From Longimicrobiales bacterium (lineage in GTDB: Bacteria; Gemmatimonadota; Gemmatimonadetes; Longimicrobiales; Gaopeijiaceae): a stretch of DNA of 64,000 bases. Below the pieces are notes generated by a model, which made no database searches, had not been told where the DNA came from, and saw only the letters and a list, made by a program, of their open reading frames with translations. Location of the stretch: positions 876,286 to 940,285 of the forward strand of contig CBDBCF010000002.1 in NCBI GenBank assembly GCA_965202985.1. Reading direction: 5' to 3'. Both the position numbers and the translations under genes were made by a program. Numbering within the stretch: the first letter of the stretch is position 1; every line of letters begins with the position of its first letter. Positions 38,891 through 48,990 of the stretch are shown here, piece after piece.

Positions 38891-39651
38891 CGCTTCAGGA
38901 ATCGGGCGACGCCCATTCGGCACTCGTCGGAGAGGCGGGCCAAGGCGTTGACCTCGGCGCCGCGGGCCACGGCCTCCTCGAACGACGCGCCGTCCAGGCC
39001 GTAGAGCAGGCGCTTGGTCAGGGCGACGGCGCCCGGGGGCCGCGCGGCCAGCTCCGACAGGTACTCGCGGACGGTGGACTCGAAGGTGTCGGCGCGGAGC
39101 ACGCGGTTGGCCAAGCCGGACGAGGCTGCCTCGGCGGCGCCGATCGAACGGCCGCCCACTGCCAGTTCGAAGGCGGTCGATTCGCCGGTCTTCCTTCGGA
39201 GCACGGCCATGACCATGGCAGGCACGAAGCCCAGGTGCACCTCCGGGTAGCCGAAGGTCGCGTCCTCGTGCGCCAAGACCAGGTCGCAGGCGGACGCCAG
39301 CCCGCAACCTCCCCCGAGGGCGCGGCCGTGCACGACGGCGACGACCGGCTTGGGCAGGCGACGGATCGCCACGAACAGGTCGCCCAGCCGCTGGGCCTCC
39401 GCCAAGCCCGTCTCCGGACCCTTGGTCTGGGACTCGGCCACCTCCGCCAAGTCCGCGCCCGCGCAGAAGTCGTCTCCGGCCCCTTGCAACGCCACCACGC
39501 GTGCTGCGGAGTCGCCGGCAAGTCGGTCGAGCTCTCGGTGCAGCGTCTCGACCATGGCGGCGTTCAAGGCGTTCCGCTTGCGGGGCCGATTCAGCGTCAG
39601 CCGCGTCACGCCGTCCGTCGCCTGGGCCAGGACCAGCGGTTGCGAGGTCAT
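38887..39651 (-). CDS. Enoyl-CoA hydratase/isomerase (methylglutaconyl-CoA hydratase-like)
   Basis: LNRPRKRNAL, FCAGADL, ALGGGCGL and FGYPEV. Confidence 0.92.
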   Translation of the reverse strand: MTSQPLVLAQATDGVTRLTLNRPRKRNALNAAMVETLHRELDRLAGDSAARVVALQGAGDDFCAGADLAEVAESQTKGPETGLAEAQRLGDLFVAIRRLPKPVVAVVHGRALGGGCGLASACDLVLAHEDATFGYPEVHLGFVPAMVMAVLRRKTGESTAFELAVGGRSIGAAEAASSGLANRVLRADTFESTVREYLSELAARPPGAVALTKRLLYGLDGASFEEAVARGAEVNALARLSDECRMGVARFLKR

Positions 39652-40019
39652 CGGTTGTCGTCCGGACGGCGGCCTCTGCCGCGCACGCGCTTCGCCACGC
39701 TCTCCGGCACTTCCAGGGTTATGCGCAACATGGCGGTGCTGAAGACCTTGCCCTGGGCGTCCGTCATGAGCGACACGGTGCCGCCTCCGTCCAGCGCGCC
39801 GTGGAGCAGGAAGTTCAGCGCGTGAAGGTTGGGAAGCTCGTAGCGCACTACTTCGCCTTCGACGATGGGACCGAAGTGGGCCTTCACGCGGTCGGCGGTC
39901 AGCTGCTCCACCAGCAGGGCATAGTCCTCTTCGTCGTAGGCGACCACCCCCACGTTGGCCGTGTTCCCCTTGTCTCCCGAACGCGCGTGGGCCAGTTCCA
40001 GCAGCGGGACTCGGATCAT
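39648..40019 (-). CDS. AtuA-related small protein
   Basis: AHARSGDKGN, YELPNLHALNF and DAQGK. Confidence 0.85.
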   Translation of the reverse strand: MIRVPLLELAHARSGDKGNTANVGVVAYDEEDYALLVEQLTADRVKAHFGPIVEGEVVRYELPNLHALNFLLHGALDGGGTVSLMTDAQGKVFSTAMLRITLEVPESVAKRVRGRGRRPDDNR

Positions 40020-40032
40020 CCGTCCACTCGGG

Positions 40033-41487
40033 TCATGCGCCCACGAACTCCACGGCGAAGCCGAGCTCCACGGCGCGGCGGTCGATCAGGGCGGGCCAGT
40101 AGGCCATGATCTCCTGGACGGCGGGGCGGCCTCCGGCGAACCCGGTCACCGAAGGCGGGCCGGTCAGCACGAGGGGCGCGATCTCGCGGGAGAAGCGCTC
40201 AACGGCGCCCCGCTCCCGGCTCCGCACGCCGACCCGCAACTGCACTTCGGGCAGGTCGGGGGGCGGCTTGCCGGCCAAGTGGCCGTGCGTGGCGTCCCAG
40301 CCCACGAGTTCGACGAGCACCTTGTCGAAGGCCAGGCCCAGGCGGTCCAGGCGCTCTTGAAGGATGCGCGCCGCGGCTTGGGCCTTCGCCGCCGCGTCTG
40401 GCCAGGCGTACACCAGGGCGCCCACGGCCTTGTAGCCCGCCGAGTAGGCCACGGACACCTTGAGGAAGGGGGTCGGCGGCCCTCCCTCGACGCCGCTTAC
40501 CCGAACCCGGTCGGGGGCCTCCTGGGACAGCCGTACTGTGGTGAAGTCGGCGGTGGCGTCGGGGGTCACGTATTGGCGGGGGTCGCCCAGTTCGTACAGC
40601 AGCTGCTCCTTGACGGTGCGAAGGTTCACCGCGCCGCCGCTGCCGGGGTGCTTCGCGATCGCGAAGTCGCCTCCGGGCGCGGCCTCCACGATGGGGAAGC
40701 CCACGCGGGCCATGTCGGGCAGTTTCCACCACTCCGCCGAGCAGTTGCCGCCGCTGGCCTGGGCGCCGCACTCGTTCAGGTGGCCGGCCACGATCCCGCC
40801 CGCCAACAGGTCCCAGGCGTCCCAGCGCCAGCCGAACTCGTGGACCATGGGGGCGTAGGTAAGGGCCGTGTCGGTGGAGCGGCCGGTCACGACCACGCGG
40901 GCGCCGCCGGCCAGCGCCTTCACGATCGGTCGGGCGCCCATGTAGACGTTGGCGGCGCGGACCCGGTCGCGAACGGCCTCCAACGGCTCGCCGGTCTCCA
41001 TGTGGGCCAGCGCGTGTCCCGCGGCCGCCAAGTCGTCCAAGCGAGACAAGATGTCGTCGCCCTCCACGACGCCGATCCGAACCCGTCCTTCCAAGCCGGC
41101 CCCGCGGCCCGCTTCGGCCACGGCTCGGGCGCACTCGCGGGGGTTCACGCCGCCGGCGTTGGTCACCACGGCGATGCCGCGCTCCACGCACGCGGGGAAG
41201 ATGCGCTCCATGAGCGGCACGAAGTCGCGGGCGTACCCTGCGGAGGGGTCCCGCGCGCGCTGCTTCTGCATGATCGACATCGTGACTTCGGCCAAGTAGT
41301 CCAGCACCAAGTAGTCGATCAGCCCGCCCTCCACTTGCCGGACGGGGGCCTCCAGGTCGTCGCCCCAGAACCCCTGGCCGCTGGCGATGCGCACGACGCG
41401 CCCGCCGGGCTGCCCCGCGTGCGCGCCTAGTCGTACCGGGTGCTCGCCGGACGGCCTCGAGTGCCCGCCGTGCCGTCCCCGGCTCAC
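40033..41487 (-). CDS. Acyclic terpene utilisation AtuA family protein (DUF1446)
   Basis: GFWGD, DYLAEVTMS, TNAGGVNP, GHLNECGAQASGGN and EQLLYE; start uncertain. Confidence 0.9.
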   Translation of the reverse strand: MSRGRHGGHSRPSGEHPVRLGAHAGQPGGRVVRIASGQGFWGDDLEAPVRQVEGGLIDYLVLDYLAEVTMSIMQKQRARDPSAGYARDFVPLMERIFPACVERGIAVVTNAGGVNPRECARAVAEAGRGAGLEGRVRIGVVEGDDILSRLDDLAAAGHALAHMETGEPLEAVRDRVRAANVYMGARPIVKALAGGARVVVTGRSTDTALTYAPMVHEFGWRWDAWDLLAGGIVAGHLNECGAQASGGNCSAEWWKLPDMARVGFPIVEAAPGGDFAIAKHPGSGGAVNLRTVKEQLLYELGDPRQYVTPDATADFTTVRLSQEAPDRVRVSGVEGGPPTPFLKVSVAYSAGYKAVGALVYAWPDAAAKAQAAARILQERLDRLGLAFDKVLVELVGWDATHGHLAGKPPPDLPEVQLRVGVRSRERGAVERFSREIAPLVLTGPPSVTGFAGGRPAVQEIMAYWPALIDRRAVELGFAVEFVGA

Positions 41488-43118
41488 GGTCCCGCCTCCG
41501 GGGCGCGCCCGAACGGACCCAGCCGGGGGCCGGGGTTGTTGAGGGCGGCGCGAAGCAGCAGGCCGAGCACATCGCGCAGTTCTTCGGGAAGCACCACGGC
41601 GTCCACGAACCCTCGGGCGGCTGCGAACAGCGCGTTGAGTTGGCGGTCGTAGTCGGCGCGGACCTCGTCCATGCGGGTGGACAGGTCTTCGTCCGGGAGT
41701 TGGCCGGCGGCCTTCAGGCGGTCCAGCTCGCGCCCGAAGAGTGCGGTGACGGCGCTTTCGCCCTCCATGACGCCCATTCGGCCGGTGGGCAGGGACACGA
41801 TGAAGTCCGGGTCGAACCCCTGCCCCGCCATGGCGTAGTAGCCGGCGCCCGAGGCGTGGTTCACGGTCAGCACCAGCTTGGGCACGACGGCGGTGGCCAT
41901 CGCCTCCACGAAGCGCGCGCCCGCCCGGATGATGCCGCTGTGCTCCGCCTCCGGGCCGACCATGAACCCGGACACGTCCTGGACGAAGAGCAGCGGCAGG
42001 CCCTGGCGGTTCATGGCGTCGACGAAGTACGCCGTCTTCTCCGCGGATTCGGCGTAGACGATGCCGCCCAGACGAGGCGGAGCGGACCGGTCGGCCCCCG
42101 CCCCGGTCACCATGCCCCGCCGGTTGGCGACGACGCCCACTGGGACCCCGTCCAGGGCGCCGGCGCCGCAGATCATCTCGCGGGCGTGTTCGGGCTGGAA
42201 CTCGGCGAAGCTCCCGGCGTCCAGCACCGTGTCCAGCACCGCCTGCATGTCGTAGGGGCGGCGGTGGCCGGCGGACAAGAGGTCGTAGAGGTCCGAGGCC
42301 GGACGGGCAGCGGCTTGGACGTCCTGGGACGCTGCCTGCGCCGCTCGTCGGCCCTTTCCGCTGGCCGGCAACTGGGCGACCAGCTCTCGCAGCTTCGCAA
42401 TGCACGCCTCGTCGTCGGCCGCCTTGTAGTGCGCAACGCCGCTCTGCTCGGTGTGGACGGCGGCGCCGCCCAGCGTCTCTCGGTCCACCGTCTGCCCCGT
42501 GGCGCCCTTCACCAGGTTTGGCCCTCCCAGGCCCATGAAGCTGGTCCCCTCCACCATGACGATCACGTCGGAGAGGGCGGGCAGATACGCCCCTCCGGCA
42601 ATGCACGGCCCCATGACCGCCGCGAACTGGGGCACGCGCAGATACCTTCGCATGACCGAGTTGTAGTAGAAGATGCGCGCCGCCCCGTACTGCCCCGGAA
42701 AGACGCCGCCCTGGTAGGGCAAGTTGACGCCCGCCGAATCCACCAAGTACAGGATGGGGACCCGGCAGCGCATGGCGGCTTCCTGCGCCCGCAGGATCTT
42801 CTTGATCGTCTCGGGCCACCACGATCCGGCCTTCACGGTGGCGTCGTTGGCCACCACGAGCACCTCCCGACCTGCCACGCGCCCCACGCCCGTGACCACG
42901 CCTGCGCCGGGTGCCTTCCCGTCGTACTGGTCGTGGGCCACCAGCAGCCCGATCTCCGCCCAGGGAGCGCCTTCGTCCAGGAGCAGCCGCAAGCGGTCTC
43001 GAACCGGCAGCTTCCCCTGCTTCCGTTGCCGCCGCGTCCGCTCCTCGCCGCCCCCCAAGACCAGCCGCTCCCGCAGGGCCGCGAGCTCCCTGCTCAGGCC
43101 GGCCAATCGGCCCTCCAC
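41484..43118 (-). CDS. Acyl-CoA carboxylase carboxyltransferase (beta) subunit
   Basis: ANDATVKAG, LVDSAG, CIAGGAY and QDVSGFMVG. Confidence 0.93.
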   Translation of the reverse strand: MEGRLAGLSRELAALRERLVLGGGEERTRRQRKQGKLPVRDRLRLLLDEGAPWAEIGLLVAHDQYDGKAPGAGVVTGVGRVAGREVLVVANDATVKAGSWWPETIKKILRAQEAAMRCRVPILYLVDSAGVNLPYQGGVFPGQYGAARIFYYNSVMRRYLRVPQFAAVMGPCIAGGAYLPALSDVIVMVEGTSFMGLGGPNLVKGATGQTVDRETLGGAAVHTEQSGVAHYKAADDEACIAKLRELVAQLPASGKGRRAAQAASQDVQAAARPASDLYDLLSAGHRRPYDMQAVLDTVLDAGSFAEFQPEHAREMICGAGALDGVPVGVVANRRGMVTGAGADRSAPPRLGGIVYAESAEKTAYFVDAMNRQGLPLLFVQDVSGFMVGPEAEHSGIIRAGARFVEAMATAVVPKLVLTVNHASGAGYYAMAGQGFDPDFIVSLPTGRMGVMEGESAVTALFGRELDRLKAAGQLPDEDLSTRMDEVRADYDRQLNALFAAARGFVDAVVLPEELRDVLGLLLRAALNNPGPRLGPFGRAPEAGP

Positions 43119-43538
43119 CTAGTACGGGTCCTCCCGCCCGGCGAACCAGGTCTTGACGTACTCCACCGCCTCCGACGTCGTGGCCCCCGGCCCGAACAGG
43201 CGGCCCACGCCCTGCTCCGCCAGGGTCTCCGCGTCCTCGCCGGGGATGATGCCGCCGCCCGTGAGCAGGACATGCTCCAGCCCTTCGCGGTTCAGCAGCT
43301 CGCGAACGCGGGGAAAGAGGGTCATGTGGGCGCCCGACAGGACCGACATCGCCACCACGTCCACGTCTTCTTGGACGGCCGCGGCCGCGATCATCTCGGG
43401 CGTCTGGTGCAGCCCGGTGTAGATCACCTCGAGGCCGGCGTCCCGAAATGCGGCCGCCACCACCTTGGCGCCCCGGTCGTGTCCGTCCAGCCCAGGCTTC
43501 GCCACCAGCACGCGTATCCTTCGGTCGGGTTCCTCCAT
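43119..43538 (-). CDS. Cobalamin-binding domain of acyl-CoA (methylmalonyl-CoA-type) mutase
   Basis: [20 protein letters not shown] and GGGIIP. Confidence 0.95.
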   Translation of the reverse strand: MEEPDRRIRVLVAKPGLDGHDRGAKVVAAAFRDAGLEVIYTGLHQTPEMIAAAAVQEDVDVVAMSVLSGAHMTLFPRVRELLNREGLEHVLLTGGGIIPGEDAETLAEQGVGRLFGPGATTSEAVEYVKTWFAGREDPY

Positions 43539-43726
43539 TTGCCTAAGCTAACGCCTGCCGACCCGCGCACCGTCGGCCGCGTCGCGTCGATTGCCGTATA
43601 ATTCGGGCTCACGTCGGCGGCCTTGTTCGGCCACGCCGGCGGCCCTCGCTTCCGCCTTCTCCGACGCTGACCGCTCCCGACCCCCGGCTCCTCGACCGCT
43701 ACGCGCAGACGGTCGATCCCGAACGA

Positions 43727-44617
43727 GTGCGGCGGAACGTCCCCTTGGCGCCCCGCACCACCTTTCGCATCGGCGGCCCGGCGGACCTGTACTATCGCGC
43801 CCGCACCGCCGACGAACTGGCTCTTGCCGTGGGAGCGGCCCGCGAGATGGGCGTCCCGTGGTTCGTGCTGGGTCGCGGGGCCAACATCCTTGTCGGCGAC
43901 CGCGGCTTTCGCGGAGTGGTGGTGCGCTGCGGCATCTCCACGCTGGAGTTCCAGCCCGAAGGCCGCGTGCTGGCCGGCGCCGGCCTGGACACCTTCCCCG
44001 ACCTGATCGACGCCACGGTGTCGCGCGGGCTGGGCGGCATCCACCACTTCGTGGGCATCCCCAGCACGGTCGGAGGCGCCGTTTGGCAAAACCTTCACTT
44101 CTTGTCGCCGGCCCCCGAGCGCGAACGCACGGTGTTCTGGGAAGAGGTCATGGAGGGCGCCACGATCCTGACGCCGGCGGGCGACGTGCGTCGCGTCGAC
44201 ACCGAGTACTTCCAGTTCGGATACGACTACAGCGTCGTCCACGACACGGGAGACCTGGTGCTGGACGTTTCCCTCCGGCTGTCGCCCGCCCCCGTGACCG
44301 AGCTGCGCCGCGTCGTCCGCGAGAACCTGGAATGGAGAGACGAGCGCCACCCGGACCTGTGGCTGTACCCCTGCGCCGGTTCCATCTTCAAGAAGATCGA
44401 GGGGATCGGCGCCGGACGCCTGATCGACGAGTGCGGTCTCAAGGGGCACGTGCACGGGGCGGCCCAGATCTTTCGCAAGCACGCCAACATCATCGTGAAC
44501 CTGGGCGGCGCCAAGGCGTCGGAAGTGCGGACGTTGATCGACTTGGCCCAAGCCACAGTGGCGCAAGAAACCGGCTACGAACTCGAGCCGGAGATCGGCT
44601 TCGTCGGCGAATTCTGA
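43727..44617 (+). CDS. murB: UDP-N-acetylenolpyruvoylglucosamine reductase
   Basis: TTFRIGGPA, GANILV, GIPSTVGGA, AGSIFK, KHANIIVN and LEPEI; true start may lie upstream; TATAAT at 43597-43602. Confidence 0.93.
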   Translation: MRRNVPLAPRTTFRIGGPADLYYRARTADELALAVGAAREMGVPWFVLGRGANILVGDRGFRGVVVRCGISTLEFQPEGRVLAGAGLDTFPDLIDATVSRGLGGIHHFVGIPSTVGGAVWQNLHFLSPAPERERTVFWEEVMEGATILTPAGDVRRVDTEYFQFGYDYSVVHDTGDLVLDVSLRLSPAPVTELRRVVRENLEWRDERHPDLWLYPCAGSIFKKIEGIGAGRLIDECGLKGHVHGAAQIFRKHANIIVNLGGAKASEVRTLIDLAQATVAQETGYELEPEIGFVGEF

Positions 44618-44627
44618 CGAGGCGTCG

Positions 44628-45374
44628 CTAGCTCCGGCCGCCCAACCGCCCGAACGTCTTCGCCAGCTCGCCGACGACCTCCGGAGCCACGCGGTGGCCT
44701 CCCGGATACGACACGCGCCGGGGACGGATCCCGGCGGCATCCAGCCGCTCGTCCTGCTCCCGAGCCAGCGCCGAGTCGGCCGTGGGGTCGTCCTCGCCGA
44801 ACACCAGCGTGAGCCGGGAGCGCGCCAGCCGTTCGTCCACCGGCAGGTCTCGCGGCAGGTACGCGCCCCACAGCACCAGTTCGTCCACGGGCGTTCGCCC
44901 CAGCACGGCCCACCGCGCTACCGTGTGGACCCCTTGGGAGAAGCCCAGCGCGACCGTGGTGGTCGGGCACCCGGCCTGCCCGTGCTCCGGCGGCTCGCCT
45001 TGCTCCTGCGCCTGCTCGCCCTCCCGTCCCAGCACCGCGTCCGCCAAGCGGTCCAAGTACCCCACGTAGTCCGCTATCTCGGACGCCCGGTCGGCCCGAG
45101 TCATCCAGCTTGCGCCCACCCTGGCTTCGGCGCCGTGCCGGCCCGGGGTCGGGTCGATGTAGAAGCGGCTCAGCGCTTCGGGCGCCGCCACCACGACGCC
45201 CAGTTCCCGGAGCCCGACGAAGCGATGGACGAAGCGGCCCGCCAGCTGTCGGTAGCCGTGACACGCGAACCAGACTTGGGACGTGGCCGCCGAGACCTCT
45301 CCCACCTGGAAGAAGCGCGCCGTCTTGGCCACTTCCAAGCGGCGCTCGACGGGCGCGGGCGCGTCCGTGGTCAC
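44628..45374 (-). CDS. Alpha/beta hydrolase (esterase/phospholipase)
   Basis: CHGY, GFSQG nucleophile elbow, GEDD and GGH. Confidence 0.88.
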   Translation of the reverse strand: MTTDAPAPVERRLEVAKTARFFQVGEVSAATSQVWFACHGYRQLAGRFVHRFVGLRELGVVVAAPEALSRFYIDPTPGRHGAEARVGASWMTRADRASEIADYVGYLDRLADAVLGREGEQAQEQGEPPEHGQAGCPTTTVALGFSQGVHTVARWAVLGRTPVDELVLWGAYLPRDLPVDERLARSRLTLVFGEDDPTADSALAREQDERLDAAGIRPRRVSYPGGHRVAPEVVGELAKTFGRLGGRS

Positions 45375-46780
45375 GCCGTTCCCGCGCCGAAGCGCGTCAT
45401 GGGGCGGTGGAAGCGTCGCCACAGGCGGCCCACGAGCAGGACGGCCACGATCCCCAGGGCCGCGGCCAACCCCCACCAGAGCCCGGCCGGGCCCATGCCG
45501 GCGCGGAAGCCCAGGAACAGACTCGTGGGCAGGCCCAGAAGCCAGAAGGCCAGCAGGTTGTAGATCAGCGGCCGAAGGGTGTCGGCCACGCCGCGCAGGG
45601 CGCCTGCGCAGACCACCTGAAGGCCGTCGAACAGCTGGAACACGCCGGCGACGGGGATCAGGGCGGCGGCCACGGCCGCCACCGGGGCCGCCTCCGTGAA
45701 GAGGTCCGCCAGCACGCCGGGCAGGGACAGGAAGAGCGCCGCCGTGAACGACATCGCGACGCAGCAGACCGCCACCGCGGCCCCTGCGAACCGCCGGGCC
45801 CGGGGCGGGTCGTCCTCGCCGACCGACTTCCCCACCAGGACCGCCGCCGCCTGCGCGACCCCCACGGCGAGCATGAACGTCATCGCCGCCAAGTTGAGGG
45901 CGATCTGGTGGCCGGCCATGGCCTCCGTGCCCAACCAGCCCATGGCGAGCCCGATCGCCCCGAAGGCGCCGAACTCCAGGAACATGTGAAGTCCGATCGG
46001 CGCCCCGAGACGGACCATGGCGGCCAGCCGACGCCGATCCGCAAGCGCCTCCGACCGAAGCCGGCGCAGGTACGGCCGCAAGGTCGCTCGCCCGAGCCAA
46101 AACAGGAACCCGAACATGAACCAGCGAGAGGCCGCGGTGGCCCAACCGGAGCCCACGGCCCCCATCGCCGGCACGCCCAAGTTGCCGAAGATCAGAACCC
46201 AGTTGGCCGCCGCGTTCAGCAGGTTGCCCGCCACCACTGCCAGCACCACCGGCGCCACCGTGCCCAGGGCCTGCAGCGTCTGTCGAAAGACCACGAAGCC
46301 GTAGAACGGGATCATGCCGGCCGCCAGCGCGTAGGAATACCGGGCCGCGATCGGCACCACCTCGGACGGCTGGTTCAGCGTCCGCAACACGGGCCCGGCC
46401 AACGCCAGCAGCAGCGACGACGCCAAGGCAAGCCCCAGCCCCAGGACCAGCCCCCGCTGGATCGCGAGCTCGATCCCTCGTCGGTCTTCGGCGCCGAACG
46501 CCTGCGACACGATCGGGTCCAGGGCCATGAGCATCCCCATGCCGAATACGGAGATGCCGAAGAAGTACAGGTTGCCCAGAGCCACGGCCGCCAAGTCCGG
46601 CGCAGAGACCCGCCCGACCATCGCCGTGTCCACGATCCCCTGGAAGACCAAACCCACCTGAACCGCCGCCACGGGCAGCGCCAGCGAGGCCAAGCGCCCG
46701 AACTCCGCCTTGCCGGGCAGGAAGGCGGCCAGCCCCTGCGGCGTCGGGGCCGCGGCCGGCGTCGTGGAACGGACGTTCAG
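45371..46780 (-). CDS. MATE family efflux transporter (start uncertain)
   Basis: VDTAMVGRV, LIFGNLGVPAMGAVGSGWAT and FQLFDGLQV. Confidence 0.92.
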   Translation of the reverse strand: MNVRSTTPAAAPTPQGLAAFLPGKAEFGRLASLALPVAAVQVGLVFQGIVDTAMVGRVSAPDLAAVALGNLYFFGISVFGMGMLMALDPIVSQAFGAEDRRGIELAIQRGLVLGLGLALASSLLLALAGPVLRTLNQPSEVVPIAARYSYALAAGMIPFYGFVVFRQTLQALGTVAPVVLAVVAGNLLNAAANWVLIFGNLGVPAMGAVGSGWATAASRWFMFGFLFWLGRATLRPYLRRLRSEALADRRRLAAMVRLGAPIGLHMFLEFGAFGAIGLAMGWLGTEAMAGHQIALNLAAMTFMLAVGVAQAAAVLVGKSVGEDDPPRARRFAGAAVAVCCVAMSFTAALFLSLPGVLADLFTEAAPVAAVAAALIPVAGVFQLFDGLQVVCAGALRGVADTLRPLIYNLLAFWLLGLPTSLFLGFRAGMGPAGLWWGLAAALGIVAVLLVGRLWRRFHRPMTRFGAGTA

Positions 46781-48990
46781 GCGCCCGGCATCGTCCTGGG
46801 CACCGTCACCGTGAACTCGGTGAACTCGCCCTCCTTGGTGTCTACTTTGAGGCTGCCGCCGTGCTCCTGGACGATCTCGTGCGAGATCGAGAGCCCTAGT
46901 CCGGTACCCTGGGTGCCCGACTTCGTGGTGAAGAACGGGTCGAAGATCTTCTCCACGACCTTGTCGGGGATGCCCGTGCCGTTGTCGCGAACCTTGACCA
47001 CGACCGTGTCTTCGGCGCCCTCGGTCGTCAGGGTCACGGTCGGCGAGTAGCCCTCGTCCTGCGTCCGCCTGCGGCGAATCTCGGTGGCTTGGCAGGCGTT
47101 GGTGATGACGTTGAGGAAGACGCGGCTGAGGTCCCGCGCGATCGCCGTCACCTCGCCCGCCTCGGCGTCGAAGGCCCGCTCGATCGTCACGTTGAACATC
47201 GGGTCGGACGCGCGGAGTCCGTGGTAGGCCAACTTGGCGTACTCGTCCAGCACCTGGTTCACGTCCACTGCCTCCGGCTTCCCGGCCTCGTCGCGCGAGT
47301 GGGCCAGCATCCCGTCCACGATCCGGTTCGCGCGCCCGCCGTGCTCCCGCACCTTGCTGACGTTGAGCACCAAGTCGCCCAGGATCTCCTCCACGTACTT
47401 CCTGTCCAGCTCGCCGTTTCCGTCTTCGTCTTCCTCGGCCAGCTCCTCCTTCAGCTCCTCGAGCAGCTCGGTGGACAGCGCCGCAAAGTTGTTGACGAAG
47501 TTGAGCGGGTTGCGGATCTCGTGGGCGATCCCCGCGGTCAGCGCGCCCAGGGAAGCCAGCTTCTCCTGCTGGGCCACCTGCTGCTGCGTGCGCCGGAGGT
47601 CGTCCAGCGTCTTCTCCAAGGCCTCGTTCTTGGCCTGCACCTCGCCGGCGAGCTTCTCGACCAAGTTCAGCCGCTGCACCTCCAGCGCGTGCTTGCGGAA
47701 GACCTCCAGGTCCGCCGCCATGTCGGTCACCTCGTCGTCGCCGGCGATCTCGACCCGCACCTTCAGGTCGCCCTGGGACATGCTGCGCATGGCGTCGGAC
47801 AGATGGCGAATCCGCACCAGCAACCGCTCGCCGAAGAACTTCCAGCCGACCAGGATCGCCGCGGCCACGGCCAGCACGTTGACCATCAAGATGACCCACC
47901 AGCCCAAGCGCACCAACCCGCTCGACGCGGTGGCGGCGTTGCGCGTGGCGTTCTCGCCCGCCTGCACGAGTTCGTCGACTTGGGCGACCAGCTCGGCGCT
48001 GGTCCGGCGGTTCTCCTCCAGAAGCGCCTGGGAAGTCGCCACCTCTTCCAGCCACAGCCTGCGGGTGGACAGGACGCCGTCGGCCGTGCCGTCGTAGAGG
48101 GCGCGCAGCGTCTCCACCTGCGGCCGAAGCCGTTCGGCCAAGCCCGGCCTGACTTCGTTCAGCCCGGCTTCCATTTGCCCGAAGGCGGTGTTGAAGCGCT
48201 CCTGGTTAGCGCCCAGCTGCGGGGGATCGTCCTCGGACAGGGCCTGGAACATGACCGTCACCACGGCGCGCTGGGCGGCCTTCAGGTCCATGAGGGTCCG
48301 ATGCCGGTCCAGCTCGGCCTGGGCCGTGCGATCGATGCGCGGCGCGACTTGGCCGGTCAGCTCGCGCAACCCCGTGTCGATGAAGAACTCCTGGTCGTCG
48401 AGTTCGCCTTCGAGCGAGTTGGCGATGCTCAGGTCCACGGATTCGATCTCGTCGTCCAGCAGCGCCAAGCGAGCTTCGAAGCCCAGCCGCTGGTCCACGG
48501 ACCTTCTGATCTCTTCGGTTCGTTCCACGAGCAGGCGAAGCTGCGGCACGGCGGCGCTCGTCATGCCCCCTTGGCGGGTGACGTTGGCGACCTGCTCTCC
48601 CAGCCTCTCTTCGACCGCCTGCACCTCCTGCCAGACGGTCGCCAAGTCCTCGGTCGTGCCGGCGGTCACCAGCTCGGGCGAAGCCTGCACCAGCTCCGCC
48701 GTGCTGCGGGCCACCGCGAACGCCGCTACCAGAGCCGGCATGTGCTCGTCGGTGATCTCCTCCTGCCGGTTGCCCAGGATCGTCATCAAGCCCAGAGCCA
48801 GCACGCTGCCGCACAGGGTCAGGAAGACGCCCCCGCCCAGCCCGACGACGATCTGGCTACCGATGCCGAATCGCTCGCCCGTCACCTCGCGAATCCGGCG
48901 TCCCAGGCCGGCGGGAAGCCGAGCGAGCGCCCATTCGAACCCGGAGTGGATCCACTGGTCCAGGCTCTTCGGCGGGCCTGCCGGCTTCAT
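46777..48990 (-). CDS. Sensor histidine kinase with periplasmic helical domain, HAMP, HisKA and HATPase
   Basis: Two TMs, GDDEVTDMA, AHEIRNPLNF, DNGTGI, PFFTTK and GTGLGL. Confidence 0.93.
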   Translation of the reverse strand: MKPAGPPKSLDQWIHSGFEWALARLPAGLGRRIREVTGERFGIGSQIVVGLGGGVFLTLCGSVLALGLMTILGNRQEEITDEHMPALVAAFAVARSTAELVQASPELVTAGTTEDLATVWQEVQAVEERLGEQVANVTRQGGMTSAAVPQLRLLVERTEEIRRSVDQRLGFEARLALLDDEIESVDLSIANSLEGELDDQEFFIDTGLRELTGQVAPRIDRTAQAELDRHRTLMDLKAAQRAVVTVMFQALSEDDPPQLGANQERFNTAFGQMEAGLNEVRPGLAERLRPQVETLRALYDGTADGVLSTRRLWLEEVATSQALLEENRRTSAELVAQVDELVQAGENATRNAATASSGLVRLGWWVILMVNVLAVAAAILVGWKFFGERLLVRIRHLSDAMRSMSQGDLKVRVEIAGDDEVTDMAADLEVFRKHALEVQRLNLVEKLAGEVQAKNEALEKTLDDLRRTQQQVAQQEKLASLGALTAGIAHEIRNPLNFVNNFAALSTELLEELKEELAEEDEDGNGELDRKYVEEILGDLVLNVSKVREHGGRANRIVDGMLAHSRDEAGKPEAVDVNQVLDEYAKLAYHGLRASDPMFNVTIERAFDAEAGEVTAIARDLSRVFLNVITNACQATEIRRRRTQDEGYSPTVTLTTEGAEDTVVVKVRDNGTGIPDKVVEKIFDPFFTTKSGTQGTGLGLSISHEIVQEHGGSLKVDTKEGEFTEFTVTVPRTMPGA

